A stretch of 25,358 nt of DNA, from the IMG/VR virus record IMGVR_UViG_2706794668_000002. One strand, written 5' to 3'. The translations under genes were made by a program, and so were the position numbers. Position 1 is the first letter of the stretch; the number at the start of each line of letters is the position of its first letter. This DNA comes from a virus. Taxonomy: Duplodnaviria; Heunggongvirae; Uroviricota; Caudoviricetes. Under the pieces are notes generated by a model. It made no database searches and had not been told where the DNA came from. It saw only the letters and a list, made by a program, of their open reading frames with translations. Below are positions 11,748-20,861 of the stretch, one piece after another.

Positions 11748-14301
11748 ACCGGTAGGCGATCTGGTCGTTGATTTGAGTCTGGATGCGGCCAGATTTGACG
11801 AGCAGATGGCCAGAGTCAGGCGTCATTTTTCCGGTACGGAAAGTGATGCGAAAAAAACAGCGGCAGTCGTTGAACAGTCGCTGAGCCGACAGGCGCTGGC
11901 TGCACAGAAAGCGGGGATTTCCGTCGGGCAGTATAAAGCCGCCATGCGTATGCTGCCTGCACAGTTCACCGACGTGGCCACGCAGCTTGCAGGGGGGCAG
12001 AATCCCTGGCTGATCCTGCTGCAACAGGGTGGTCAGGTTAAGGACTCCTTCGGCGGGATGATCCCCATGTTCAGGGGGCTTGCCGGCGCGATCACCCTGC
12101 CGATGGTGGGGGCCACCTCGCTGGCGGTGGCGACCGGTGCGCTGGCGTATGCCTGGTATCAGGGCAACTCAACCCTGTCCGATTTCAACAAAACGCTGGT
12201 CCTTTCCGGTAATCAGGCGGGACTGACGGCAGATCGTATGCTGGTCCTGTCCAGAGCCGGGCAGGCGGCAGGGCTGACGTTTAACCAGACCAGCGAGTCA
12301 CTCAGCGCACTGGTTAAGGCGGGGGTAAGCGGTGAGGCTCAGATTGCGTCCATCAGCCAGAGTGTGGCGCGTTTCTCCTATGCATCCGGCGTGGAGGTGG
12401 ACAAGGTCGCTGAAGCCTTCGGGAAGCTGACCACAGACCCGACGTCGGGGCTGACGGCGATGGCACGCCAGTTCCATAACGTGACGGCGGAGCAGATTGC
12501 GTATGTTGCTCAGTTGCAGCGTTCCGGCGATGAAGCCGGGGCATTGCAGGCGGCGAACGAGGCCGCAACGAAAGGGTTTGATGACCAGACCCGCCGCCTG
12601 AAAGAGAACATGGGCACGCTGGAGACCTGGGCAGACAGGACTGCACGTGCATTCAAATCCATGTGGGATGCGGTGCTGGATATTGGTCGTCCTGATACCG
12701 CGCAGGAGATGCTGATTAAGGCAGAGGCTGCGTTTAAGAAAGCAGACGACATCTGGAATCTGCGCAAGGATGATTATTTCGTTAACGATGAAGCACGGGC
12801 GCGTTACTGGGATGATCGTGAAAAAAAACGCCTGGAGCGGGATGCAGCCCAAAAGAGGGTAGATCAACAGCGTCAACAGGACAAAAATGCGCAGCAGCAG
12901 AGCGATACCGAAGCGTCACGGCTGAAATATACCGAAGAGGCGCAGAAGGCTTACGAACGGCTGCAGACGCCGCTGGAGAAATATACCGCCCGTCAGGAAG
13001 AACTGAACAAGGCACTGAAAGACGGAAAAATCCTGCAGGCAGATTACAACACGCTGATGGCGGCGGCGAAAAAGGATTATGAAGCGACGCTGAAAAAGCC
13101 GAAACAGTCCGGCGTGAAGGTGTATGCGGGCGATCGTCAGGAAGACAGTGCTCATGCGGCCCTGCTGACGCTTCAGGCAGAACTCCGGACGCTGGAGAAG
13201 CATGCCGGAGCGAATGAGAAAATCAGCCAGCAGCGCCGGGATTTGTGGAAGGCAGAAAGTCAGTTCGCGGTACTGGAGGAGGCGGCACAACGTCGCCAGC
13301 TGTCCGCACAGGAGAAATCCCTGCTGGCGCATAAAGACGAGACGCTGGAGTACAAACGCCAGCTGGCTGCACTTGGTGACAAGGTTACGTATCAGGAGCA
13401 CCTGAATGCGCTGGCGCAGCAGGCGGATAAATTCGCACAGCAGCAACGGGCAAAACGGGCAGCCATTGATGCGAAAAACCGGGGGCTGACTGACCGGCAG
13501 GCAGCGCGGGAAGCCACGGAACAGCGCCTGAAGGAACAGTATGGCGATAATCCTCTGGCGCTGAATAACGTCATGTCAGAGCAGAAAAAGACCTGGGCGG
13601 CTGAAGACCAGCTTCGCGGGAGCTGGATGGCAGGCCTGAAGTCCGGCTGGAGTGAGTGGGAAGAGAGCGCCACGGACAGTATGTCACAGGTTAAAAGTGC
13701 AGCCACGCAGACCTTTGATGGTATTGCACAGAATATGGCGGCGATGCTGACCGGCAGTGAACAGAACTGGCGCAGCTTCACCCGCTCCGTGCTGTCCATG
13801 ATGACAGAAATTCTGCTTAAGCAGGCAATGGTGGGGATTGTCGGGAGTATCGGCAGCGCCATTGGCGGGGCTGTTGGTGGCGGCGCATCCGCGTCAGGTG
13901 GTACAGCCATTCAGGCCGCTGCGGTGAAATTCCATTTTGCAACCGGGGGATTTACGGGAACCGGCGGCAAATATGAGCCAGCGGGGATTGTTCACCGTGG
14001 TGAATTTGTCTTCACGAAGGAGGCAACCAGCCGGATTGGCGTGGGGAATCTCTACCGGCTGATGCGCGGCTATGCGGAAGGTGGTTATGTGGGCGGTGCC
14101 GGAAGTCCGGCGCAGATGCGGCGGGCTGAAGGCATTAATTTTAATCAGAACAATCACGTGGTGATTCAGAACGACGGTACGAATGGTCTGCCAGGTCCAC
14201 AGATGATGAAGGCCGTGTATGACATGGCCCGCAAGGGTGCCCGTGATGAAATTCAGACACAGATGCGTGATGGTGGCCTGTTCTCCGGAGGTGGACGATG
14301 A
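11740..14301 (+). CDS. H: tail tape measure protein H
   Basis: 853-aa ORF, identical in length to lambda gpH. MAEPVGDLVVDLSLDAARFDEQMARVRRHFSGTESDAKKTAAVVEQSL... followed by a long coiled-coil-type middle and a Gly-rich C-terminus. ATG overlaps the T stop. Confidence 0.95.
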   Translation: MAEPVGDLVVDLSLDAARFDEQMARVRRHFSGTESDAKKTAAVVEQSLSRQALAAQKAGISVGQYKAAMRMLPAQFTDVATQLAGGQNPWLILLQQGGQVKDSFGGMIPMFRGLAGAITLPMVGATSLAVATGALAYAWYQGNSTLSDFNKTLVLSGNQAGLTADRMLVLSRAGQAAGLTFNQTSESLSALVKAGVSGEAQIASISQSVARFSYASGVEVDKVAEAFGKLTTDPTSGLTAMARQFHNVTAEQIAYVAQLQRSGDEAGALQAANEAATKGFDDQTRRLKENMGTLETWADRTARAFKSMWDAVLDIGRPDTAQEMLIKAEAAFKKADDIWNLRKDDYFVNDEARARYWDDREKKRLERDAAQKRVDQQRQQDKNAQQQSDTEASRLKYTEEAQKAYERLQTPLEKYTARQEELNKALKDGKILQADYNTLMAAAKKDYEATLKKPKQSGVKVYAGDRQEDSAHAALLTLQAELRTLEKHAGANEKISQQRRDLWKAESQFAVLEEAAQRRQLSAQEKSLLAHKDETLEYKRQLAALGDKVTYQEHLNALAQQADKFAQQQRAKRAAIDAKNRGLTDRQAAREATEQRLKEQYGDNPLALNNVMSEQKKTWAAEDQLRGSWMAGLKSGWSEWEESATDSMSQVKSAATQTFDGIAQNMAAMLTGSEQNWRSFTRSVLSMMTEILLKQAMVGIVGSIGSAIGGAVGGGASASGGTAIQAAAVKFHFATGGFTGTGGKYEPAGIVHRGEFVFTKEATSRIGVGNLYRLMRGYAEGGYVGGAGSPAQMRRAEGINFNQNNHVVIQNDGTNGLPGPQMMKAVYDMARKGARDEIQTQMRDGGLFSGGGR

Positions 14302-14627
14302 AAACCTTCCGCTGGAAAGTGAAACCCGGTATGGATGTGGCTTCGGCCCCTTCTGTAAGAAAGGTGCGCTTTGGTGATGGCTATTCCCAGCGAGCGCCTG
14401 CCGGGCTGAATGCCAACCTGAAAACGTACAGCGTGACGCTTTCTGTCCCCCGTGAGGAGGCCATGGTACTGGAGTCGTTTCTGGAAGAGCACGGGGGCTG
14501 GAAAGCCTTTCTGTGGACGCCGCCTTATGAGTGGCGGCAGATAAAGGTGACCTGCGCAAAATGGTCGTCGCGGGTCAGTATGCTGCGTGTTGAGTTCAGC
14601 GCAGAGTTTGAACAGGTGGTGAACTGA
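14298..14627 (+). CDS. M: tail tip assembly protein M
   Basis: 109-aa ORF MKTFRWKVKPGMDVASAPSVRKVRFGDGYSQRAPAGLNANLKTYSVTLSVPREE... matches lambda gpM. Confidence 0.95.
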   Translation: MKTFRWKVKPGMDVASAPSVRKVRFGDGYSQRAPAGLNANLKTYSVTLSVPREEAMVLESFLEEHGGWKAFLWTPPYEWRQIKVTCAKWSSRVSMLRVEFSAEFEQVVN

Positions 14628-15325
14628 TGCAGGATATCCGGCAGGAAACACTGAATGAATGCACCCGTGCGGAGCAGTCGGCCAGCGTGGTGCTCTGGGA
14701 AATCGATCTGACAGAGGTCGGTGGAGAACGTTATTTTTTCTGTAATGAGCAGAACGAAAAAGGTGAGCCGGTCACCTGGCAGGGGCGACAGTATCAGCCG
14801 TATCCCATTCAGGGGAGTGGTTTTGAACTGAATGGCAAAGGCACCAGTACGCGCCCCACGCTGATGGTTTCTAACCTGTACGGTATGGTCACCGGGATGG
14901 CGGAAGATCTACAGAGTCTGGTCGGCGGAACGGTGGTCCGGCGTAAGGTTTACGCCCGTTTTCTGGATGCGGTGAACTTCGTCAACGGAAACAGTGACGC
15001 CGATCCGGAGCAGGAGGTGATCAGCCGCTGGCGCATTGAGCAGTGCAGCGAACTGAGCGCGGTGAGTGCCTCTTTTGTACTGTCCACGCCGACGGAAACA
15101 GATGGCGCTGTTTTTCCGGGACGTATCATGCTGGCCAACACCTGCACCTGGACCTATCGCGGCGATGAGTGCGGTTATCACGGTCCGGCGGTCGCGGATG
15201 AATATGACCAGCCAACGTCCGACATCACGAAGGATAAATGCAGCAAATGCCTGAGTGGCTGTAAGTTTCGCAATAACGTCGGCAACTTTGGCGGCTTCCT
15301 TTCCATTAACAAACTTTCGCAGTAA
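14627..15325 (+). CDS. L: tail tip protein L
   Basis: 232-aa ORF MQDIRQETLNECTRAEQSASVVLWEIDLTEVGGERYFFCNEQNEKGEPVTWQGRQYQPYPIQGSGF... matches lambda gpL. TGATG overlap with the M stop. Confidence 0.95.
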   Translation: MQDIRQETLNECTRAEQSASVVLWEIDLTEVGGERYFFCNEQNEKGEPVTWQGRQYQPYPIQGSGFELNGKGTSTRPTLMVSNLYGMVTGMAEDLQSLVGGTVVRRKVYARFLDAVNFVNGNSDADPEQEVISRWRIEQCSELSAVSASFVLSTPTETDGAVFPGRIMLANTCTWTYRGDECGYHGPAVADEYDQPTSDITKDKCSKCLSGCKFRNNVGNFGGFLSINKLSQ

Positions 15326-15330
15326 ATCCC

Positions 15331-15784
15331 ATGACAGAGACAGAATCAGCGATTCTGGCGCACGCCCGGCGATGTGCTCCAGCGGAGTCGTGCGGCTTCG
15401 TGGTAAGAACGCCGGAGGGGGAAAGATATTTCCCCTGCGTGAATATCTCCGGTGAGCCGGAGGCGTATTTCCGTATGTCGCCGGAAGACTGGCTGCAGGC
15501 AGAGATGCAGGGTGAGATTGTGGCACTGGTCCACAGCCACCCCGGTGGTCTGCCCTGGCTGAGTGAGGCCGACCGGCGGCTGCAGGTGCAGAGTGATTTG
15601 CCGTGGTGGCTGGTCTGCCGGGGGGCGATTCACAAGTTCCGCTGTGTGCCACATCTTACCGGGCGGCGCTTTGAGCACGGGGTGACGGACTGTTACACGC
15701 TGTTCCGGGATGCTTACCATCTGGCGGGGATTGAGATGCCGGATTTTCATCGTGAGGATGACTGGTGGCGTCACGGTCAGAATC
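15331..15784 (+). CDS. K: tail tip assembly protein K (NlpC/P60-JAB-like), 3' end lost in N-run
   Basis: MTETESAILAHARRCAPAESCGFVVRTPEGERYFPCVNISGEPEAYFRMSPEDWLQAEMQGEIVALVHSHPGG... matches lambda gpK over the N-terminal 151 aa and then runs into Ns at 15785. Confidence 0.85.
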
Positions 15785-16034
15785 NNNNNNNNNNNNNNNN
15801 NNNNNNNNNNNNNNNNNNNNNNNNNNNNNNNNNNNNNNNNNNNNNNNNNNNNNNNNNNNNNNNNNNNNNNNNNNNNNNNNNNNNNNNNNNNNNNNNNNNN
15901 NNNNNNNNNNNNNNNNNNNNNNNNNNNNNNNNNNNNNNNNNNNNNNNNNNNNNNNNNNNNNNNNNNNNNNNNNNNNNNNNNNNNNNNNNNNNNNNNNNNN
16001 NNNNNNNNNNNNNNNNNNNNNNNNNNNNNNNNNN
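15785..16034. other. run of 250 N (assembly gap or masked bases) spanning the K 3' end and I 5' end
   Basis: Literal n characters. The K frame enters the run and the I frame leaves it. Confidence 0.99.
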
Positions 16035-16652
16035 CTTTACGGGGATTTGCAACGATTTGGCCGCCGCATCGACCTTCGTGTGAAAACGGGTGCCGAAGCC
16101 ATCCGGGCGATGGCCACACAGCTCCCTGCGTTTCGTCAGAAGCTGAGCGACGGCTGGTATCAGGTGCGTATTGCCGGGCAGGATGTTAGCACGTCCGGAT
16201 TAACGGCACAGTTACATGAGGCTCTGCCTGACGGCGCTGTGATTCATATTGTTCCCAGAGTCGCCGGGGCCAAGTCAGGTGGTGTATTCCAGATTGTCCT
16301 GGGAGCAGCCGCCATTGCCGGATCATTCTTTACCGCCGGAGCCACCCTTGCAGCATGGGGGGCTGCCATTGGTGCCGGTGGTATGACCGGCATTCTGTTT
16401 TCTCTCGGTGCCAGTATGGTGCTCGGCGGTGTGGCTCAGATGCTGGCACCGAAAGCCAGAACTCCCCGCACACAGACAACGGATAACGGTAAGCAGAACA
16501 CCTATTTCTCCTCACTGGATAACATGGTTGCCCAGGGCAATGTTATGCCTGTTCTGTATGGTGAAATGCGCGTGGGGTCACGTGTGGTATCTCAGGAGAT
16601 CAGCACGGCAGACGAAGGGGACGGTGGTCAGGTTGTGGTGATTGGTCGCTGA
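16035..16652 (+). CDS. I: tail tip assembly protein I, 5' end lost in N-run
   Basis: Post-gap frame LYGDLQRFGRRIDLRVKTGAEAIRAMATQLPAFRQKLSDGWYQVRIAGQDVSTSGL...GQVVVIGR matches the lambda gpI C-terminal portion. Stop at 16650-16652. Confidence 0.85.
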   Translation, partial: LYGDLQRFGRRIDLRVKTGAEAIRAMATQLPAFRQKLSDGWYQVRIAGQDVSTSGLTAQLHEALPDGAVIHIVPRVAGAKSGGVFQIVLGAAAIAGSFFTAGATLAAWGAAIGAGGMTGILFSLGASMVLGGVAQMLAPKARTPRTQTTDNGKQNTYFSSLDNMVAQGNVMPVLYGEMRVGSRVVSQEISTADEGDGGQVVVIGR

Positions 16653-16712
16653 TGCAAAATGTTTTATGTGAAATCGCCTCCGGGCGGTTTTATCGTTTAT
16701 GGAGCATGACGA

Positions 16713-19700
16713 ATGGGTAAAGGCAGCAGTAAGGGGCATACCCCGCGCGAAGCGAAGGACAACCTGAAGTCCACGCAGCTGCTGAGTGTGATCGATGCCA
16801 TCAGCGAAGGGCCGGTTGAAGGTCCGGTGGATGGATTAAAAAGCGTGCTGCTGAACAGTACGCCGGTGCTGGACAGTGAGGGGAATACCAACATCTCCGG
16901 CGTCACGGTGGTGTTCCGGGCAGGTGAGCAGGAGCAGTCACCGCCGGAGGGATTTGAATCCTCCGGCTCCGAGACGGTGCTGGGTACGGAAGTGAAATAT
17001 GACACGCCGATCACCCGGACCATCACGTCGGCAAACATTGACCGACTGCGTTTTACCTTCGGTGTACAGGCACTGGTGGAAACCACCTCAAAGGGAGACA
17101 GGAATCCGTCTGAAGTTCGCCTGCTGGTTCAGATACAGCGTAACGGTGGCTGGGTGACGGAAAAAGACATCACCATTAAGGGCAAAACCACCTCGCAGTA
17201 TCTGGCCTCGGTGGTGGTGGATAACCTGCCGCCGCGCCCGTTTAATATCCGGATGCGCAGAATGACGCCGGACAGCACCACAGACCAGCTGCAGAACAAA
17301 ACGCTCTGGTCGTCATACACCGAAATCATCGATGTGAAACAGTGCTACCCGAACACGGCACTGGTCGGCGTACAGGTGGATTCGGAGCAGTTCGGCAGCC
17401 AGCAGGTGAGCCGTAATTATCATCTTCGCGGGCGCATTCTGCAGGTGCCGTCGAACTATAATCCGCAGACGCGGCAATACAGCGGTATCTGGGACGGAAC
17501 GTTAAAACCGGCATACAGCAACAACATGGCCTGGTGTCTGTGGGATATGCTGACCCATCCGCGCTATGGCATGGGGAAACGTCTTGGTGCGGCAGATGTG
17601 GATAAATGGGCGCTGTATGTCATCGGCCAGTACTGTGACCAGTCGGTGCCGGACGGCTTTGGCAGCACGGAGCCGCGCATCACCTGTAATGCCTGGCTGA
17701 CCACACAGCGCAAGGCGTGGGATGTGCTCAGTGATTTCTGCTCGGCGATGCGCTGTATGCCGGTATGGAACGGGCAGACGCTGACGTTCGTGCAGGACCG
17801 ACAGTCGGATAAGGTGTGGGCCTATAACCGCAGTAATGTGGTGATGCCGGATGATGGCGCGCCGTTCCGCTACAGTTTCAGCGCCCTGAAAGACCGCCAT
17901 AATGCCGTTGAGGTGAACTGGATTGACCCGGATAACGGCTGGGAGACGGCGACAGAGCTTGTGGAGGATACGCAGGCCATTGTCCGTTACGGTCGTAACG
18001 TCACGAAGATGGATGCCTTTGGCTGTACCAGCCGGGGGCAGGCACACCGCGCCGGGCTGTGGCTGATTAAAACGGAACTGCTGGAGACGCAGACCGTGGA
18101 TTTCAGCGTGGGTGCTGAAGGGCTTCGTCATGTACCGGGCGATGTCATTGAAATCTGCGATGATGACTATGCCGGTATCCGCACCGGCGGGCGCGTGCTG
18201 GCGGTGAACAGCCAGACCCGGACGCTGACGCTCGACCGTGAAATCACGCTGCCATCCTCCGGCACCACGCTGATAAGCCTGGTTGACGGGCAGGGGAATC
18301 CGGTCAGCGTGGAGGTCCAGTCCGTCACCGACGGCGTGAAGGTAAAAGTGAGCCGTGTTCCTGACGGTGTTGCTGAATACAGCGTGTGGGGGCTGAAGCT
18401 GCCGACGCTGCACCAGCGATTGTTCCGCTGCGTGAGTATCCGTGAGAACGACGACGGCACGTATGCCATCACCGCCGTGCAGCATGTGCCGGAAAAAGAA
18501 GCCATCGTGGATAACGGGGCGCACTTTGACGGCGACCAGAGCGGCACGGTGAATGGTGTCACGCCGCCAGCGGTGCAGCACCTGACTGCCGAAGTCACCG
18601 CAGACAGCGGGGAATATCAGGTGCTGGCGCGCTGGGACACGCCGAAGGTGGTGAAGGGCGTGAGCTTCCTGCTCCGTCTGACCGTAACAGCGGATGACGG
18701 CAGTGAGCGGCTGGTCAGCACGGCCCGGACGACGGAAACCACTTACCGCTTCACACAACTGGCGCTGGGGAACTACAGGCTGACAGTCCGGGCAGTAAAT
18801 GCGTGGGGGCAGCAGGGCGATCCGGCGTCGGTATCGTTCCGGATTGCCGCACCGGCAGCGCTGTCGCGGATTGAGCTGACGCCGGGCTATTTTCAGATAA
18901 CCGCCACGCCGCATCTTGCGGTTTATGATCCGACGGTACAGTTTGAGTTCTGGTTCTCGGAAAAGCGGATTGCGGATATCAGGCAGGTTGAAACCACAGC
19001 ACGCTATCTTGGCACGGCGCTGTACTGGATAGCCGCCAGTATCAATATCAAACCGGGCCATGATTATTACTTTTATATCCGCAGTGTGAACACCGTTGGC
19101 AAATCGGCATTCGTGGAGGCTGTTGGTCAGCCGAGTGATGATGCATCCGGTTATCTGGATTTTTTCAAAGGCGAGATAGGGAAAACCCATCTGGCTCAGG
19201 AGCTGTGGACGCAGATTGATAACGGTCAGCTTGCGCCTGACCTGGCTGAAATCAGGACGTCCATTACGGATGTCAGCAATGAAATCACGCAGACCGTCAA
19301 TAAGAAACTGGAAGACCAGAGTGCGGCAATTCAGCAGATACAGAAGGTTCAGGTTGATACAAATAATAACCTGAACAGCATGTGGGCTGTGAAGCTGCAG
19401 CAGATGCAGGACGGACGCCTTTATATCGCGGGTATTGGTGCCGGTATTGAGAACACCCCTGACGGCATGCAGAGTCAGGTGCTGCTGGCGGCGGACAGGA
19501 TTGCGATGGTTAATCCTGCGAATGGCAACACAAAACCGATGTTTGTTGGTCAGGGCGATCAGATATTCATGAACGACGTGTTCCTGAAACGCCTGACGGC
19601 CCCCACCATTACCAGCGGTGGAAATCCATCGGCATTTTCCCTGACTCCGGACGGAAAGCTGACCGCTAAAAATGCGGATATCAGTGGCAGTGTGAATGCG

Positions 19701-20210
19701 AACGCCGGGACGCTCAACAATGTCACGGTAAATGAAAACTGTACGATTAAGGGCATGCTGGAGGCGACTCAGGTCAGAGGTGACTTCGTTAAAGCTGTAT
19801 CCAAATCATTTCCGAAACAGGCTGGTACGTGGGGTAACACGGAAACACCAAACGGGACGGTTACAGTCACCATAAGCGATGATCATAACTTTGACCGCCA
19901 GATTATTATTCCGCCCATTATTTTTAACGGTATAGCGTATGACGATCCGGGGAGCGGAAATAACCCAGGAGGCACGCGATACACGGGTTATGGTTTTGAA
20001 GTTCGCAAAAACGGCGTATTAATCGCATCCAGAGAAACTAAAGGTGCCATTCCCGGTAGTTACAGTGCAGTTATTGATATGCCTAGTGGTGGTGGTAGCG
20101 TCACTCTGGAGTTTAAGATTTTCCAGAAAGGCAATCAGGGGGCAGGCAATATCACCGACTGTACGGTGATTGTGACCAAAAAAGCGGCTTCCGGCATCAG
20201 TATTCGTTGA
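16713..20210 (+). CDS. J: central tail fiber / tail tip host-specificity protein J, with divergent C-terminal receptor-binding region
   Basis: 1165-aa ORF. Roughly the first 820 aa ([54 protein letters not shown]...) match lambda gpJ closely as I recall it. The sequence downstream of about 19170 is mosaic or divergent. GGAG RBS upstream. Confidence 0.93.
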   Translation: MGKGSSKGHTPREAKDNLKSTQLLSVIDAISEGPVEGPVDGLKSVLLNSTPVLDSEGNTNISGVTVVFRAGEQEQSPPEGFESSGSETVLGTEVKYDTPITRTITSANIDRLRFTFGVQALVETTSKGDRNPSEVRLLVQIQRNGGWVTEKDITIKGKTTSQYLASVVVDNLPPRPFNIRMRRMTPDSTTDQLQNKTLWSSYTEIIDVKQCYPNTALVGVQVDSEQFGSQQVSRNYHLRGRILQVPSNYNPQTRQYSGIWDGTLKPAYSNNMAWCLWDMLTHPRYGMGKRLGAADVDKWALYVIGQYCDQSVPDGFGSTEPRITCNAWLTTQRKAWDVLSDFCSAMRCMPVWNGQTLTFVQDRQSDKVWAYNRSNVVMPDDGAPFRYSFSALKDRHNAVEVNWIDPDNGWETATELVEDTQAIVRYGRNVTKMDAFGCTSRGQAHRAGLWLIKTELLETQTVDFSVGAEGLRHVPGDVIEICDDDYAGIRTGGRVLAVNSQTRTLTLDREITLPSSGTTLISLVDGQGNPVSVEVQSVTDGVKVKVSRVPDGVAEYSVWGLKLPTLHQRLFRCVSIRENDDGTYAITAVQHVPEKEAIVDNGAHFDGDQSGTVNGVTPPAVQHLTAEVTADSGEYQVLARWDTPKVVKGVSFLLRLTVTADDGSERLVSTARTTETTYRFTQLALGNYRLTVRAVNAWGQQGDPASVSFRIAAPAALSRIELTPGYFQITATPHLAVYDPTVQFEFWFSEKRIADIRQVETTARYLGTALYWIAASINIKPGHDYYFYIRSVNTVGKSAFVEAVGQPSDDASGYLDFFKGEIGKTHLAQELWTQIDNGQLAPDLAEIRTSITDVSNEITQTVNKKLEDQSAAIQQIQKVQVDTNNNLNSMWAVKLQQMQDGRLYIAGIGAGIENTPDGMQSQVLLAADRIAMVNPANGNTKPMFVGQGDQIFMNDVFLKRLTAPTITSGGNPSAFSLTPDGKLTAKNADISGSVNANAGTLNNVTVNENCTIKGMLEATQVRGDFVKAVSKSFPKQAGTWGNTETPNGTVTVTISDDHNFDRQIIIPPIIFNGIAYDDPGSGNNPGGTRYTGYGFEVRKNGVLIASRETKGAIPGSYSAVIDMPSGGGSVTLEFKIFQKGNQGAGNITDCTVIVTKKAASGISIR

Positions 20211-20232
20211 AATATTTATAACCCCAATAAAT

Positions 20233-20256
20233 GGCGTCAGGAATGACGCCTTTTTT
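20233..20256 (+). terminator. intrinsic terminator-like hairpin downstream of J
   Basis: GGCGTCA (20233-20239), loop GGAA, TGACGCC (20244-20250), followed by TTTTTT (20251-20256). Confidence 0.7.
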
Positions 20257-20280
20257 ATTGCAGAAAAGCGAGAGGTAATT

Positions 20281-20797
20281 ATGCGTAAAGTTTGTGCAGC
20301 CATTTTGTCCGCAGCCATTTGCCTGGCCGTATCCGGTGCGCCTGCATGGGCGTCTGAACATCAGTCCACGCTGAGCGCGGGGTATCTTCATGCCCGGACC
20401 AACGTTCCCGGCAGTGATGATCTGAACGGGATTAACGTGAAATACCGTTATGAGTTTACGGATACGCTGGGGCTGGTGACGTCATTCAGCTATGCAGGAG
20501 ACAAGAATCGCCAGCTGACCCGTTACAGCGATACCCGCTGGCATGAAGATTCCGTGCGTAACCGCTGGTTCAGCGTGATGGCGGGGCCGTCTGTGCGCGT
20601 GAATGAATGGTTCAGCGCGTATGCGATGGCGGGTGTGGCTTACAGCCGTGTGTCGACTTTTTCCGGGGATTATATCCGCGTAACTGACAATAAGGGGAAA
20701 ACGCACGATGTGCTGACCGGAAGTGATGACGGTCGCCACAGCAACACGTCTCTGGCGCACTGACGGTTTCATCGTGGGTGTCGGTTATAAATTCTGA
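20281..20797 (+). pseudogene. lom: lom (Ail/Lom/OmpX-family outer-membrane protein) with frame disruption: in-frame ORF 20281..20763 stops early; the conserved C-terminal strand is encoded in the +1 frame, 20753..20797
   Basis: MRKVCAAILSAAICLAVSGAPAWASEHQSTLSAGYLHARTNVPGSDDLNGINVKYRYEFTD... has a signal peptide plus Lom-like barrel strands. The ORF ends ...NTSLAH* at 20763, while the +1 frame across the same bases reads WRTDGFIVGVGYKF* (stop 20795-20797), which is the Lom/OmpX-type C-terminal signal ending in Phe. Confidence 0.8.
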
Positions 20798-20823
20798 TTA
20801 GCCAGGTAACACAGTGTTATGAC

Positions 20824-20850
20824 AGCCCGCCGGTTCAGGCGGGCTTTTTT
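20824..20850 (+). terminator. intrinsic terminator downstream of lom
   Basis: AGCCCGCC (20824-20831), loop GGTTCA, GGCGGGCT (20838-20845), then a T-run to 20850. stf begins 12 nt later. Confidence 0.75.
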
Positions 20851-20861
20851 GTGGGGTGAAT

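Noticed and set aside
16675-16700. Short hairpin CGCC-tccg-GGCG followed by GTTTTATCGTTTAT between I and J
   Set aside because: The 4-bp stem is too short for a confident intrinsic terminator, and J must be transcribed with the upstream tail genes.
17502-19190. 562-aa ORF on the minus strand inside J
   Set aside because: Fully antisense to a well-supported, lambda-matching J frame. Composition is Arg/His/Cys/Pro-rich with no recognisable fold, as expected for a stop-poor reverse frame of GC-rich coding DNA.
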